Assembly: GCA_040954595.2 (NCBI GenBank) | Contig: CM082598.2 | Span: forward strand, 7,269,097 to 7,333,096 | Direction of reading: 5' to 3' | Length of the DNA stretch: 64,000 nt | Origin: Balanoglossus misakiensis | Taxonomy: Eukaryota > Animalia > Hemichordata | Part shown: positions 1-13,924 of the stretch, in pieces | How the letters are laid out: every line of letters starts with the position of its first letter | Position numbering within the stretch: position 1 is the stretch's first letter | Position numbers and translations under genes: made by a program | The notes under the pieces: model-generated | Told to the model about the DNA's origin: nothing | The model's input: the letters and a program-made list of their open reading frames with translations, nothing else | Database searches by the model: none

Positions 1-15
1 TATCAAAAAGACTAC

Positions 16-338
16 TTGATTAATGCTGTGTTTGTTGCATGCTGGGTGCCAAGCCCATCTGAGGTACCTGTGGTCGCGGCCATGGCTGTTGTCCTAGTAA
101 CAGCTGTTGTTGTTGTTGTTGTGATAACTGCTGCTGTTGTTGTTGCCATGTTTGTTGTGTTGCTGCTGGTTGTTGTTGTTGTGGTGGTGGAATGGTTGCT
201 TGTGTACCGCTAGCTTGTTGTTGTTGCTGTTGCTGTTGATTGCAAACAAAATGGTTTTCTTGTTAAAGTCACTTCACAGAAGGTGGCAATGTATCAGGAG
301 ACGGCTCTCTTTCACATTGTTCACATTTGTTAATCTGA
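16..338 (-). pseudogene. Poly-Q pseudo-exon, probably MED25 C-terminal region, with several stops
   Basis: tttcag acceptor; CAA/CAG runs read QQQQQQQASGTQATIPPPQQQQ..WPRPQVPQMG; TGA and TAA in frame. Confidence 0.55.
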
Positions 339-429
339 CTGAAATTTAGGGCAGCAAAAAGTAATTGTACTTTGGTGAATAGATTTAGGCCACATCTTAA
401 ATATTATTGTTAATTTCAGGACCACATTG

Positions 430-580
430 ACCAATGTTGACCTCATTCTAGGCTAGCCAATAGAGTAAGAAGTCTAGTTTTTGTTGGACATAGTTCAGTT
501 TATGATCAACGTTTTTTGACAAAATTTTGGGTGACCTCTGGGTGACATTTGCTCTACTTTTGCCATATCTCAGCATCCTC
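430..580 (-). repeat. Diverged single monomer of the ~240-bp repeat found at 40.9-46.0 kb
   Basis: Reverse complement resembles ggatgccgagatatggtaaagtaggtcaaaggtcacctgaggtcacccaaaatt..ccctattggctagcctggaat. Confidence 0.7.
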
Positions 581-638
581 AACAGATAATCCTCGATTTT
601 TAAGCTCACCTAGGGTACCTGTCTATGCATTGCCTATT

Positions 639-2824
639 CAGTCTGCACGATAGCCCCAACCTATGAATGCCGGGTAATATCCACAACAGAGGCATTATCC
701 ATGCGCGTAATTGAAAGTAAACAAAAGCCAGCGATATTGGCGAATTTAAGTTGCGGTTTTCTCGTAAACTAGAGAATGACTTTACTATTATGAGGATGGG
801 AGGTGTCGACTGCATGTCTGACGAACGTTGTGCAGTAATTTGTTGCTAAATATACATTTTTCAAAACATTTTTTTTTCACTCTGAATTAAGGTTGCTAAA
901 ATTCCTTAATTTGAAGCATACTCGACTTTCAACATTTGTACTTTTTGGTGTAAAGACGGGATTGCCGATTTATGTGGATTAAACGTACCTCAGTATGAAA
1001 ATAAACGAAAATCAGGTCAACTGGGTTCACTGAGCGCGCTTGCTGTCGGCAGAAATGTAGCCAATTTACGTTAGTCGATATTGGGCAAAATCCGAATATT
1101 TTGTCAATTTTAGGGCAAAATCTTGGTCTTGGCGTCAACTCTGTGCAAAAAAAGCTGCAACTATCGTGTTCGGGAAGTCATGGACTGTCCAGTAAGCGGG
1201 TCCTACGATGCTGCCGGTTCCGTAGGATTCCTCAGCGCGTGACCAAATAAAGAGTACATTTTCCGGGGGATTTACAGGCCTCTCTTTGATATGTTGTACT
1301 TTTTGGTCTAAAAATCATATCGGCAATCTTGTATGAAAAATATGCCCTTCTGATATTATCTTTCATTCCAAAATAGTCAATTGTGCAGTCAAATGCTAAG
1401 ATGTGCCCGTAGTATTATATAAATATGAGGAAAAATATAGAAAATGCTATTATTTTCGAGTCCATTTTGTTCGAACGTTTGAGCCATTAGGAGAGTGCAA
1501 ACCCCTACATTGACACATGGTTTACTCCAGGGATCTTTCAGCTTCAAAATGCAACACTCTCGGTTTGCCGCCTACCCAAATTTTGTTTTGAAACGCGTGA
1601 GTTTGAAGACATGCATAGAAAACCATTGATTGACACACGCCGGATTTCGGTCATGTGAGCATTTAGCGCCGCATTGTCCAATCCAGTTTTATTTTATTGA
1701 ATGCAGCATGTCATTTGTCACTCCCCATAAAGTTTTGCGTTGGCAGATATGCCCCAATATGGTAAAAAATGGGCGTAAAAGTCAAGTCTGGTGACATGGC
1801 GGGAAATTCTCACGTGTGAAGATCAACTCAATAATAATGTCATGTGATACCATAGAGCTGCGTCTATTGGTGGAAAGTGGCAGGTCATGCATAATGAGCG
1901 TCTCTCTACATTATATCATTTGCTCATTCATGTGAGGCAGACTAATACGGAAGTATCTCATCGGTGTTCTTAGCTAATTGGACTTTAGTTCGGGTTGAAT
2001 TTAGAGGTAAACGTATGGCAATGCATGTTTTTAATCACAGATCAGTCATAACTCTGCTTGTTTGGGCCATGTTTTTCATCTGAGCCTCCAGAACCGGGTC
2101 CACAGCCGCTGTTGTATACGATCGATCGACAAGTGCGCGCGGTTACAAAGTAGGCATTTTTGTCTAGGCTAGCTCCTACTCAGCGTTTTATTATCTTCAT
2201 TCGTTTTTCTTCATTGGAGAGGAGAGTTAATTAGTTTCGATAGATAATTCTCTTGGTGTCATATCTATGGTGTTCCATGTAAACCATTTAGGATAAAAAT
2301 TACATGTTCTAAAAATACAGTATGTATGCATGCATTGAGTGGTTATTTGAGGAACCTATTCAAATCAGGTTCACAGTCATTTCTTTCATTTCATGGCAAG
2401 ACCATGCCAAATAGAAGAACAAAAATCAGAAAAAGTTTCAGATGTTCCAAGTATAACAGAAAGTGGGTCAGTGCGAGGACAAGAGTCCTTGAAATTGTCA
2501 CAAATTTGACGGAAGTGTAAACCATTTGTGTGTAAGGTAGGCAAAATTAAGCGCATGGGTTGGTATGCGTACAGAGGTTGTCAGCGTTCGCAAATCATTG
2601 CGAAAATAATTAGTTTGCGCATAAAGTTTACAAATAATATCAATTTATGATAGAAACTGTTCACGCAATGTAAAAAAATAATTGATCTTGACGCGTGAAA
2701 ATTTGTGCCTACCCATGTAAAAAATGGTTTGTCAGACAATGACGAACATGCCAATAACTCGATAACAGCCAATCAAATCACTGGTACCAGACACGCCCTA
2801 ATCGAGGGGTTATCGTGCAGACTG
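639..2824. mobile_element. Non-autonomous TIR DNA transposon (~2.2 kb), possibly Academ-like
   Basis: 19-bp TIRs CAGTCTGCACGATAGCCCC (639-657) and GGGGTTATCGTGCAGACTG (2806-2824) with 1 mismatch; 3-bp TSD ATT on both sides; CpG-rich interior; no transposase ORF. Confidence 0.8.
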
Positions 2825-3413
2825 ATTGTGTCGGTTCCGAAAAATGTGCGCGAATGCCGGAATTTGCCCCCTTTTTTCATGCCTGTGATCAGGGAGCCAC
2901 TTCGCACTCGAGCCAGGCGAAGGTATTTGCATATGGACAAACAAGTACACTACGTCGTAGTGTACCATTCTGTTTACAGTAAAGTGTAATTAGCGGTCCA
3001 TGAGTAATTAAGTCCACAGACAAAGACAAGCTATATAAACAGTGTTCAAAGCAAAGGAAGCCCTTGCCTCACATTGCAGGCAGAGGATTTACAAAGGTGT
3101 GAAAGACTATTTGTCCACATCAAGATAAGTCTTCGGCTTAACTTCGAAAAGCCGAAAAAAATCGACTGAGTTTGGTTAGGGGTACACGCCCACTCGCCAC
3201 TTTTACCTTCCTGTTATCTAAGCACAGAGGGTGATACGCAATGCCAGATAGTAACATACGTTAACTTCAAGACCCAAAGAGTGATTTTACGTGTGGTTGT
3301 ATAGGGCATGTCATAAGCCCTTTAATAAACTACAATTTTGACCAGAACGGGCTCCCATAGTTATCAGTCATGGGTTTCAAATATTCACTGTACACATTAT
3401 TGTGACAACTTAC

Positions 3414-3648
3414 TTGTTGACTAAGTAAAAGATGTCCGAGTTGTTGAGTGTATATTGGCTGGCTATGCTAGCACTACTTGTTGCTGTTGGGCTCTCTGTT
3501 GTTGTAATCTTTGTAATTGCTGTTGTTGTTGTCGTCTTTGTGCTATGAGTTGATTTTGTCGTGCATGTTGATTTTGTTGTTGTTTCAATTCGAGTTCTTT
3601 TTTTTTCTGTGCCATCTCTAAATTCTTCTGCAGTGCTTGAATATTCCT
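3414..3648 (-). pseudogene. MED25: MED25-like Q-rich pseudo-exon with an NR-box-like motif
   Basis: ttttag|RNIQALQKNLEMAQKKKELELKQQQ..QQVVLA*, then in a shifted frame QQLGHLLLSQQ|gtaag (cf. QLRSLLL). Confidence 0.65.
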
Positions 3649-3914
3649 CTAAAAGATCAAACAAAGAAATGTGTAAACAGTCAAATATTGTCATCTATGT
3701 CAATCTACCAACAGGTAACTGACTACAGGAGCTTCAGCCAATTTTCACTAGGGAGATTATTGAAATCAATTTAAAGCTCAGTAACTCCAACTTCGGGTTA
3801 TTTTCTCAATACTTTTTTGGGGTATCAACTGTGGTTTCTTATTCCACTTATCATGGAATTAATCATATTCAAATATTTGAAGGGATTAAAAAGTACATAC
3901 TGTAAAACACTTTA

Positions 3915-4250
3915 GTGCCTTTCACACGTGCCATCAACGCCGCCCCAGCAGCAGCCCTAGGGCGGCGTTAATTTGTAAGTGCCACGTGTGAAAAGGTGAG
4001 AGCGGCTTTTTTGGGGACGGTGTTGAGGGGTGGGACCTGGGTCGGGGCGCTGCACTAAACAGCGACTCAAATCACGTGTGAACATTGTGACCTTTAGCCA
4101 CGCTGCTGTGGACGCGCGTAGAGGGCGATGACCCCGTCCCTTTTATACACATGTGCATGCAAAAGTATTTGAGTCACTGATAAGAAATGTTTACCAAATT
4201 TTATAATCCCAAAAAGGGCGCCCTAACAATGGCACGTGTGCAAGCGGCTT
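3915..4250. mobile_element. MITE (PIF/Harbinger-like) nested in a TACTGTAAAA-type MITE
   Basis: Imperfect TIRs gcctttcacacgtgccat and atggcacgtgtgcaagcggc; host element begins tactgtaaaacac at 3898. Confidence 0.55.
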
Positions 4251-7200
4251 TAATTTTTCGCGAGGAATAAATTTTCGCCAAATACGCAAGTGCCAAAATA
4301 GTGTAAAAATAAAGTGTCACGTAAATTTTTTTCAAGATAACGATGCAGTGAATGAAATAAGAGAACGCGAAAATTTATACTCGCGAAACAGTGGCCGCTC
4401 TCAATATAAGATCTGGAGTGCTGAGCAGTGTCTTACTATGTGTACTGATTGGTTGCAATAGAATACATATCAATAAGCAGGTCTTCTCCACCCGTCAAAT
4501 AGTGTTTACCCATCGTACAAATTGCCAAAATGAAGATATATCCCAATATAGCTAATTTAATGGCCTGGAAGGAACATTTTAAGTAAAAAAATAGTGCCAT
4601 GCATGCAACAAGCATGTGTGTAAAGTGTGTCACCCACCAAGCACAAGGACGCATGAAATAACAAAATAATAACAAAACCAAACAGATTACAGGTAATATT
4701 ACATATTAAGTGACACGACTTGACAATAGCCAAGTCAGGTACAAAGTGTAGAAGTTTTAATGGAGGGTTCCCGTACTGATTTTATGTTCTTAGCATACAT
4801 CTGTAAGTGTTGCATCAACTGAATTTTGCATCAGCAGAATTGTTGGCATGGTATATTGTAAGAAGTAAAACAGACACTTTATTTCTTTCAGGGTATTTCA
4901 ACAGGCCTTTGTTATATGACATCACATTTTTAAGTGTTTGATTACCATACTACATAAGGTTGAATGTATTTTGCAAACCTAATCAGTGAACACAGTGGGG
5001 TAAACCTCCATAGCTGCCAAAAGGCACATTTTTTCATGAGTTTTCCTTTAAACTTGAATTAATGCATATAAATAGGCTTATCCAATTTGATTGTGACGGT
5101 ACTTTGCAATTCGAAAGTCAGCTGGATTAAAACGGTTCTACCGTTTTTATAGAGGTCCAATTGACCTCCATGGTGAGTAAACAAGTATTGTGGTCATGAT
5201 AGTTCCAGCAGTGCAAATGTTGTGTACACTTCATGATATTAAATATGTTGCTCGGTTGACATAAAAGATTTATCCTTTGACAACCATGCTGCCTGTCAGA
5301 TGGCCAGCCCAAGAAAATAGTGGTGAATTTAAAATCGCTGCAAGAACTCCAAACATTTTCATACAAGTAATCCGTTTCCGGTTGTCGACAAATTCATGCA
5401 AATACAAGGTATGTCGCTTACAGGCATATAAGTTGAAACTTTAGGGATAATTATCATTTTTTTCAAACTGTACTACTAATAGTCCATGCAGATGTAGGCA
5501 CTATGTATACAAGTATTTTTAACCCTAAATATGAGTGCATTTGCAAGTTTTAACCAGATAAATAATAAAGCTTTGCCATAAAGGAATATGGCTGCCACCG
5601 TGGGAAATGCAAGAAACAATGAAAACGTTGCATTTCTGACTATTGAACTTCATAAACAAAACATGATTTCCTCCACTAGAACTCATGCAAGTAAATGTAC
5701 ACCGCTGAGACATTAGATTTTCATTTTTCATTGCAAAATTGCACTTTTTAAAAAATACAGGAATTTTAGATCTTCTTTCATTTTTGGCCTGTTTTGTCAT
5801 ACATAAGTGTTGATCTTGATATATTATGAAATGTCATTTAATAGACATAATTAAAATCATATATAAGATTATTTAAAGCTTAATTTAAATGAATATTTCC
5901 TTTTTATGAAAAACTGACAATCTCGAGCAGGCAAACACTGAGACTGATTACAGTATGTAGAGGATGGGGACGCTAAGTGCATCTGCATAAAAGCAAGAAG
6001 AATGCTTCTGTTTCAGCATGCAGTTGACTTAACTTTTGTAGAGACACACCAATGCTAGTTTCTGAAGCCTTTCAACTTCCAGGAATCACTTCATAACAGA
6101 CATCTGGCTATGGTTTCAAGATGTCACTTTAAATATCCACAATCTGGTAAATTTAAACTATGGTAGAAGTCTCGCACCCACTACACAAACGAAGAGTTGA
6201 CTTAGAGGTTCTGTTACAATTCACTGGCTGCCATGAATCTACTGCAGATTTCACTAAAATACTGAGCAATTATCTTTATTGCCTTATTTTGCATGGACAC
6301 ATCTGTTTAACAGCCAATAAATGGAAGGGGATACTGCTCCCCCCCCCCTCTCTGAAGTCTTATTACTTGATAAAGTTTCCAAAACTCTGAGTACACGAGT
6401 CAAAATGACAATTTGTTCTAAACGTTTGTTTTGGATCAGCATTTTTCTGGTATTGGAGATGGTTTCAATCACAGCCACTGGACAAAACTGGCCACGTTAA
6501 TGTTTCCACAAAATCAACAGTGGATTCACACTGAGAAAATTTGGTCACTGGAAAAAATGTTAGTGATTTCAAAATGTTATCTTTTAGCACCTATTATCGG
6601 GCTGAATGAGTGTGCTGCGTTTCATGCATTTATGATGGTTGTCTGCAAAGACTATTGGAGCACGTTTGCCAACAGGACTTTGGTCGAATCTATACTGGTA
6701 CGTGTTTGTGTAAATTGCCTATATAACAGTTGACCAGCAGGGGTAGACACCCTTTGGACAGGAATTTGAATTTTAAAGGCACACAAGCTGCAAATTTTGG
6801 GATAGTTATCATAATTTTATCAAACAAATGAAAAGGAAATAAATGTCTGCCTGTTGGTTGTTTCCCATAACTAAATTTTTTGACATTTTCCTACGGCGCT
6901 AAACAAAACTCTTTTTTGGCCTTATCAGTAGCAGTGTGGCACCATTTTCTAGATAGACAGAAGCTCACCTCGTTGATAGCATTTGGGTGTATAACATTTC
7001 TCTGTTGTTGCTGGCTTATCTGTCAATAAGATAGGTTACATTTATCTTTAAGGGATTCATAAGTGGCTTTGACATAAGACATCTTAACCCTATGACCTTT
7101 CATACAATGAGCAGTTGCCAAATTAACTTTCTCTCTGAACATTAATGTGACCAATCCAGACCGGGCACTGTTCCATTCTACTACGCAGAACAAACTAATC

Positions 7201-9366
7201 GCAAAGTAACCCAGGAAGGGAAATGCTGACAAAATCTACACCTATCAGTAATTTTCAGACATCAAATCTTCTAACTGCATTTGTATTTATACAATTTATT
7301 TGAATAATGCCTTTGTGGTTATCTGATGTCAATTATTTCATTGCTTGCCTTTCATTCTGACAGTCAATTATATTTTGAGGAAGCAGCTCCCACTTCTAGA
7401 TTGAAAATATGATATATTTAAAATACATGTATATGAATTTCTTTTCAATGTACAACACTATATCACAAGTCATCTTTTCACAAGAGGTGGGCCAAACCAT
7501 ACAGGAAACTGTGAACAATCATTCAATGCTTTGATATTTGGACTGACAACACCACTCTTTGGCACAATATTCAATTTCAAACATTTTTGAATACTGTAAA
7601 CGCATTGAATATCGCATGTATTAAATGTTGCTATTTTGCATTGGGGCCAGTGAGTGAGCATTTCAAAAGAAATAAAAGTCATTGTTTGTTCCTTGATTTG
7701 TGTATCATTTGATCATTGCAATAGTACACTTTCATTGACGAGAAGTGTCAAAACATCCACAGGTCTATTCATTGAATACGAGGTGCAAAGCTAGAAATGG
7801 AGATGTTACTAGTAGTGTAATACAAAGACAGCAAATAGCAGCCGGGAAATCAAAGACTTGTTTCCTACAAAAAAAATCCAGCCATGTCATGTTGCTGGAA
7901 AGTCTTTGTACTTCAATAACAATGCAGTCCAATTATGAAAGGGAAAGCTATGTATATGTCCTGTGTTAAACATTTGTTTGTACTATTTTGATATTCGCCA
8001 TGTTAATATCACCACAAGCTAATATCCAAACTACACACAACTGCAAGTTCACTGGCTTCAAGTCACCTGTGGATGTTGACACTAATACCCATTAAAACTT
8101 CCTATCTGGGAACATGTTAATGCACACTACAGGAAAACAAACCAATAATTCAGAACACTCTCGTGACGGTCACAGAACTTGTGAATTTTGTTACAAAAAG
8201 AGTCATCCTGAAAATTGAAATACACAACCTGACGACCATCACTGATTTTAGTCATGCTACCATCACTGAATGATGAACTCAAACAAAAAATTGCTTAATA
8301 CGCGGTTAAAAATATCAATGCAACAAAAACACAAATGATCGAGTCCAGTCATATGTACATCAAGCAACATCAACTGAAAGGCTACAGGCAGTATCGTCAA
8401 TACACAGGTTGTTGTTGCTATGCTCAAGGCGTCAATGAATTGGTGGTCACATTTCATTGAACAATGATAGGGCAAGTGCTCACTCACTTCTTCAGTGAAT
8501 TTCACTGTTTGTTTATCTTATCATAAAAACTTGGGCACTGCAGTCCTTTGGACAAAATAATTCATGTGTGGTGATTTAAAATCAATAATGCAAGAAGCAG
8601 AATTAATCACAGAATTAACAGCCTCTGATTGAAAAGTGCTAAATGCTTAATATGCCATATGCCGCACACAGAGTGATCACATTAGTCAATTGGACCGCTG
8701 TTCCAAAGGAGTAAAATGATGGCAACATTTTAATATTATATTGATTTTACAAACCCTTGCATCTGAGCTTTACTTTAAAGTACTTCCATTTACTAGTAGT
8801 ACAAGTACACATAAGTTAACATTGACAGCTAGGCATGACGTCATAGATGTAGGACTTCAAAATTGACATTCTGAACAGTGGGGGCGCTCTATCATAGAGG
8901 GTTTTAATGAACATGTGTATTTAATTTCATCACTCACATTTGTCCATGGAAACTGTGTATTTGAACATATGCTTATAGTTAATGCATTTGCAGTATCTAG
9001 TCATATAACAGTAATACACCATACATGTTCTTCACTCAATCAATGTGTGTGTGTAAGTTCAATTTCTGACCACACTCAGATTACCCAAGTTAATGTGACC
9101 AACTCTACTGCAAGTATACAGACTTGAACTCCGGAAAACTAGTCACCTTCAATACTTGAACTGGAGCCACATCCAAAACTTGACTTTGAGATATTTTATC
9201 AAATGAGTTCTCCTTTTAGAATTAGAACCCCCATGCAATTTTTGTAACAGAAGAAATAAAGAGATTCCCAGAAAGAACCTCCAGTTCCCATCCAACCTTA
9301 CCATAGAAAACAACGGGTTTGGACTGAACCATGGTGTTGAAAGGGTTAAGCCAGAGCATGTATCAA

Positions 9367-9543
9367 AATACAGTAAAAGCTGACTCAACCGAACCCTGTC
9401 TAATCTGGAAACCTGTCTATTCCAAAGACATTGTTCAAACCCTTTGACAAAGAACCACATGTTGAAAGAACCTCTTTAAATTGGACACCTGAAATCCGAA
9501 CAATTTTTTCAGTCCCTTTGGTGTTAGACGGGTTTGACTCTAC
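9367..9543. mobile_element. TA-CAGT (Tc1/mariner/pogo-type) MITE remnant
   Basis: tacagtaaaagctgactcaaccgaaccctgtc..gacgggtttgactcta; resembles the reverse complement of the 21117-21540 element. Confidence 0.5.
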
Positions 9544-10055
9544 TTGAAAATGCAGTTGATATACAGAACAAAATGCTAAAAAATAGAAATTGCAGACAGT
9601 GACCCTTTAATATGTAAAGTGTCAGTTGCAGTATCATAGCAGTACAATTGTGGCTACCTTAAATAGGTTTTCACTTTGCGCTAGGGGGTCAAATCCCATT
9701 GCATTCTGGTCGAAAAGTCGACAACCCACTGTAGTAAGAGATAGAAGAAATTATATGTTTACTGTATTTCATGACTTCCTTGGGTCAAACATGTCTGTCT
9801 TTGTAGTTACCATATTAAACTCATTAAACTTTGTTCACATTTTGTTATTTTTTCTATTAAAAAGATTCAGAATGACCCATCATCACTTTAGCTTATAAAC
9901 TCCTATTCCTTAAACATGGCAAAAATCGGCCATCTTGAAATTGTGTCGACCATGTGACATTTTTATCACCCACCTAGGTAGCCAAAACCTATTTAAGGTC
10001 GGGAGAATTGACAAGATCCTTCAATTTTAAAGTGTAATTATAAGACAATACTTAC

Positions 10056-10163
10056 AAATCCTCCAGACATTATTCTGAAGAGAGATCTGTATGCTTCCTG
10101 GCTGTTATTCATAAACTGGAACTCCACAGTGCGTGAGTTGCGAAACATGGCACCAAGTGATTG
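10056..10163 (-). pseudogene. MED25: MED25 pseudo-exon, ACID/PTOV domain (108 nt, open frame)
   Basis: ag|QSLGAMFRNSRTVEFQFMNNSQEAYRSLFRIMSGGF|gtaagt, cf. [36 protein letters not shown]. Confidence 0.9.
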
Positions 10164-10742
10164 CTCTGGGGGAAAAAATTGACATCTCCATAACTCACAG
10201 CATACAGCTACATGTATGGTGACATAGACGAGAAATATATTCCCTAAGTGGGCAATGAGTTGCGAAACATGCCACCAAGTGATTGTTGTGGGAGGAAAGA
10301 TTGACACCTATATAACTGGCAGCATACAGCTACATGTATGGTGACATAGACGAGAAATATATTCCCTATGTAGGCAATGAGTTGCGAAACATGGCACCAA
10401 GTGATTGTTGTGGGGTTAAAGATTGACACCTACATAACTCACAGCATACAGCTACATGTATGGTGACATAGACGAGAAATATATTCCCTAATTGGGCAAT
10501 GAGTTGCGGAACATGGCACCAAGTGATTGCTGTGGGGGAAAAAATTGACACCTACATAACTCACAGCATACAGCTACATGTATGGTGACATAGACGAGAA
10601 ATATATTCCCTAAGTGGGCAATGAGTTGCGGAACATGGCACCAAGTGATTGTTGTGGGGGGAAAGATTGACACCTACATAACTCACAGGATACAGCTACA
10701 TGTATGTTCACATTGACGAGATATAGATTCCCTAAGTGGGCA
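10135..10742. repeat. 122-bp tandem repeat x5 containing the MED25 intron end, acceptor and first ~30 exon nt
   Basis: Units start at 10135, 10257, 10379, 10501 and 10623; this explains the four near-identical ORFs in the ORF track. Confidence 0.95.
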
Positions 10743-12582
10743 TAGTCTATTCCATTGTGTTACTAGTGTTTTGTTTTATTTTATTTTGCCAAGTGGATAA
10801 TAACTTCAGACACAGTCAAGTACACACTACCAGAACTGATTTGATGATTGAATCATACAATTATATATTCACCTCTACTTATGCAATGAATTAATGAATA
10901 CAAAGCGTTGTAGGTCATCTAACATGAGCATGTCACTAACAAAATTATCATTTGAGTTTCAAATCCCAAGTAACAGTGGACTTATATAGTTTATCTCCCA
11001 GATGAAATTTTTATCTAAATCTGCTCCTGTCGTACGGTTGCTTTGTTAACACATACAAAATGAAATTATTGCATTGCATGTACACTGTGTGACTCTGGAT
11101 GAAAGACCAATCTGTGTACTTCCTTGATGGGTACTACCACACGTTGTTCTGCCGAGCTCATAATTTGTGTAATGTGTACCCTCCAAAAATACATATGGAA
11201 GCACCCTAAAAATCAAATAGTTAAAAGCACTGTTTATCATAAAATGCTCACTATCCAACATGATCCAACCACAATAACCCCATTGACCTATAGTCAGTTG
11301 TTTTAATTAGTTATTTGTATGTAAGCTGTACACACCTCTTGCCATTCCAAGGCTCCACACCATAGAACACTTTGTTGTTGTTGTTGTTGTTGTTGTTGTG
11401 AATCAACTTGCTGCTGGCGAGTCTAACTTGATGCACTTGAGCTGTAGAGGGCATTGGTATGTCCAGATCCATCGGTAGTGAAGTACTGGTATTAGCCTGT
11501 GATAACACATATAAATCATGACAGTCACTGTAAATAATTCTTTAATATCAATCACATGATCTGGCCATGTGACCCGAAGCATTGTCATTTCCAGGTAACG
11601 GGCAAACACTATGTATCAGGCATGGTGCCTCAACAGCATCTTGGCATTCGTCTGCACAGTAGTCATTTGCACCACGTTGCTGAAATTCACCATTAGCTGG
11701 AAATTTGAATGCCAACGGAACTGCGTCTGATGTCATTGATATCAAAGAAAATCTTTATCTACTGGTCATCCAATGTCCTCAGTTAAGACATCAAGCTACC
11801 ATCTTCTGATGTCATGTTACGTAACAAATTATCCAAATGCAGTTCCATTGAAATACTGAAAAGTGATAAAATGTCACTTGCTAGGCAAAAGGGATAGATG
11901 GGTATTATAACTCAGCTCATAACATAACATACCAATGACTGGTTTTGTACATGTACTTGTGGCTGTGTCAGAGTTGGAACAACATTGGTGCCAGTGGTGA
12001 CAGGTGGATTCTTGCTGCCGCTCACATTAGGTACTGTCGGTTGTGTTGACTACACTCCTGTTCGCATCAATGGCTGCATACCTGCTGATAAGTAAACACA
12101 GTAGTATTAGACGTCAATAATTCCAACGTTAACTTTGGATATCAGCTGTAATACCTTATTCTACTCTGTAAAACATTAAGAATTTACTCATGCACAGTTT
12201 GGTTTTCAAACAAATGTGTTTTATATATTAATCTGCATTGTTATGGTTGAAAAATGAATTTTTGTCTGAGTTCATTTAATATTCACAATGGCCATTACTC
12301 ATGTACACGTTTTGTTGAAAAGCTAAAGACTGAACATTTCTTAAAGCTATCCATAGCAGAACAAGAAACTGGGCTTAATTCCTTGGGTGAAAAATACTGA
12401 AAAAAGCAAATGTTACTTGGGCTTTAGCAAAAATGTCAAAAAATTGTTTTACCATGACACTGGCGTATTATTCCTTTGATAGGGTAATATGAAAAGGTGA
12501 ACTTGAATATTTTTTCCCTCAGGTTTTGGCAAAGTATAATCAAACTAATGGTAAATGACTGCCATGGCAACATAACATATAT

Positions 12583-12749
12583 GACAGTCAAATCTGTGTT
12601 TGTGGCCACCTCTATATAGTGGCCACTTTGTTTCAGTTCATGTACATGTACATTGCTTCATTAATTGACCCGTCTATAGAAGCCACCTGTCTATAAAGGC
12701 CAGTTTAGGAAAGTCCCTAGACTGGCCAGTATAGACAGGTTTGACTGTA
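12583..12749. mobile_element. CAGTCAAA-type MITE (pogo/Tigger-like)
   Basis: acagtcaaatctgt..acaggtttgactgta termini; internal gccacctgtctata repeats. Confidence 0.6.
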
Positions 12750-13656
12750 CCTACCTCGTTGTGGCTGTGAATCTGTACCTGGCCATCTCTGCTGTGGCTG
12801 TGAGTTGATAGAATTCACAGCAGCAATTGGTGGCATCTTACTGAACTGACTAGCATTTGCCATTTGCATGACACCCTCTGTGGCTTTCAGTGCAGCAGCT
12901 GGTGCATGCTGGGAAGTCATCTTTGGTGGTGAAGTTGCCTGTCCAAAAAGAGTAACAAACTTAGTTAATATGGAGCATTATCAAGGCCAGTATTCAAAAC
13001 CCCATTTTTAATTCATGACTTCAATTTTTGATTCGATGTTGAGCTTGCAACTCTCTAAGTCCTATTTTCAACACACATACTCACATTTGGAAGGGATATG
13101 GTTTTAGGGCTTATCAACATTAATCACATTAAAAATTGAATTTGATTAATGAGTCTGTGGCATTATCCAAAAGAGTCTTTGCATTCACAGAGATGGTTTC
13201 TAGCAACCAAAATAGAAGTTTTGAATGCATTTTGAAAAAAAATAGTCTACTGTATAGACAATGGTAAGACAAGGCTATGTGATACAGGCATAAAAAGCTT
13301 TCAATTCACAGGATGGGTAACTAGACACAGCTAATTTGAATCTCATAAAGTAGAAGGTAGACCACAACTGTACCTGGGTGGACAAAATTGTCTCATGGGG
13401 ATACTTGAAACAGTCACATTGGGTTGTTGTGTTCTGTTTGCTGTGACAGTGGATACTGGTTGGTTTGGTAAACTGGTAGGCTGGACAACAGGCATTGATG
13501 ACCTTTGACCTTGGCCCTGCATCTGGGACTGACTCAGTTTCTGTTGAGAGGATGACAGTTGTTGTGGAGACGAACTTCCAATTTGACTTGGTTGTCCAGG
13601 TGACAGATTACTTGGTGTGGCACCTGCAATAAAAAGATCTAGTTGATATATTTATA

Positions 13657-13851
13657 TACTGTAAAACAGGAAATTTCTGTGACAGGATATTTTCACAATA
13701 TTAATAGAGACAGCGGTTACCCTAAAATTAAATTTCGCATTCTCATATTTCACTAACTGCACATATATCCCCGAAAAATATTTTTACATGACTTTTTAAT
13801 TCGCATTTTTTGGTTCTTGCGAAGTTCATGAAAAGTTCCCTTTTTACAGTA
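13657..13851. mobile_element. TACTGTAAAA..TTTTACAGTA MITE
   Basis: Terminal inverted repeats; a related copy lies at 16371-16577. Confidence 0.7.
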
Positions 13852-13924
13852 ATTCATCTATCGCAAACACAGAAATTATGTCTAGTAGAAAGACTAGAAA
13901 ATGTGCAAATCGCCTATACAAAGC

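Noticed and set aside
16-349. Plus-strand hydrophobic (poly-V/L) ORFs as membrane peptides
   Set aside because: They are the antisense reading of a CAA/CAG poly-Q exon.
7470-8505. Possible remains of the last ACID exon (GCVHF..CEVRVL)
   Set aside because: Only 2-3 scattered residues match; not supportable by eye.
10038-10673. Four similar ORFs as a small peptide gene family
   Set aside because: They are by-products of the 122-bp tandem repeat; only 10056-10163 is exon-derived.
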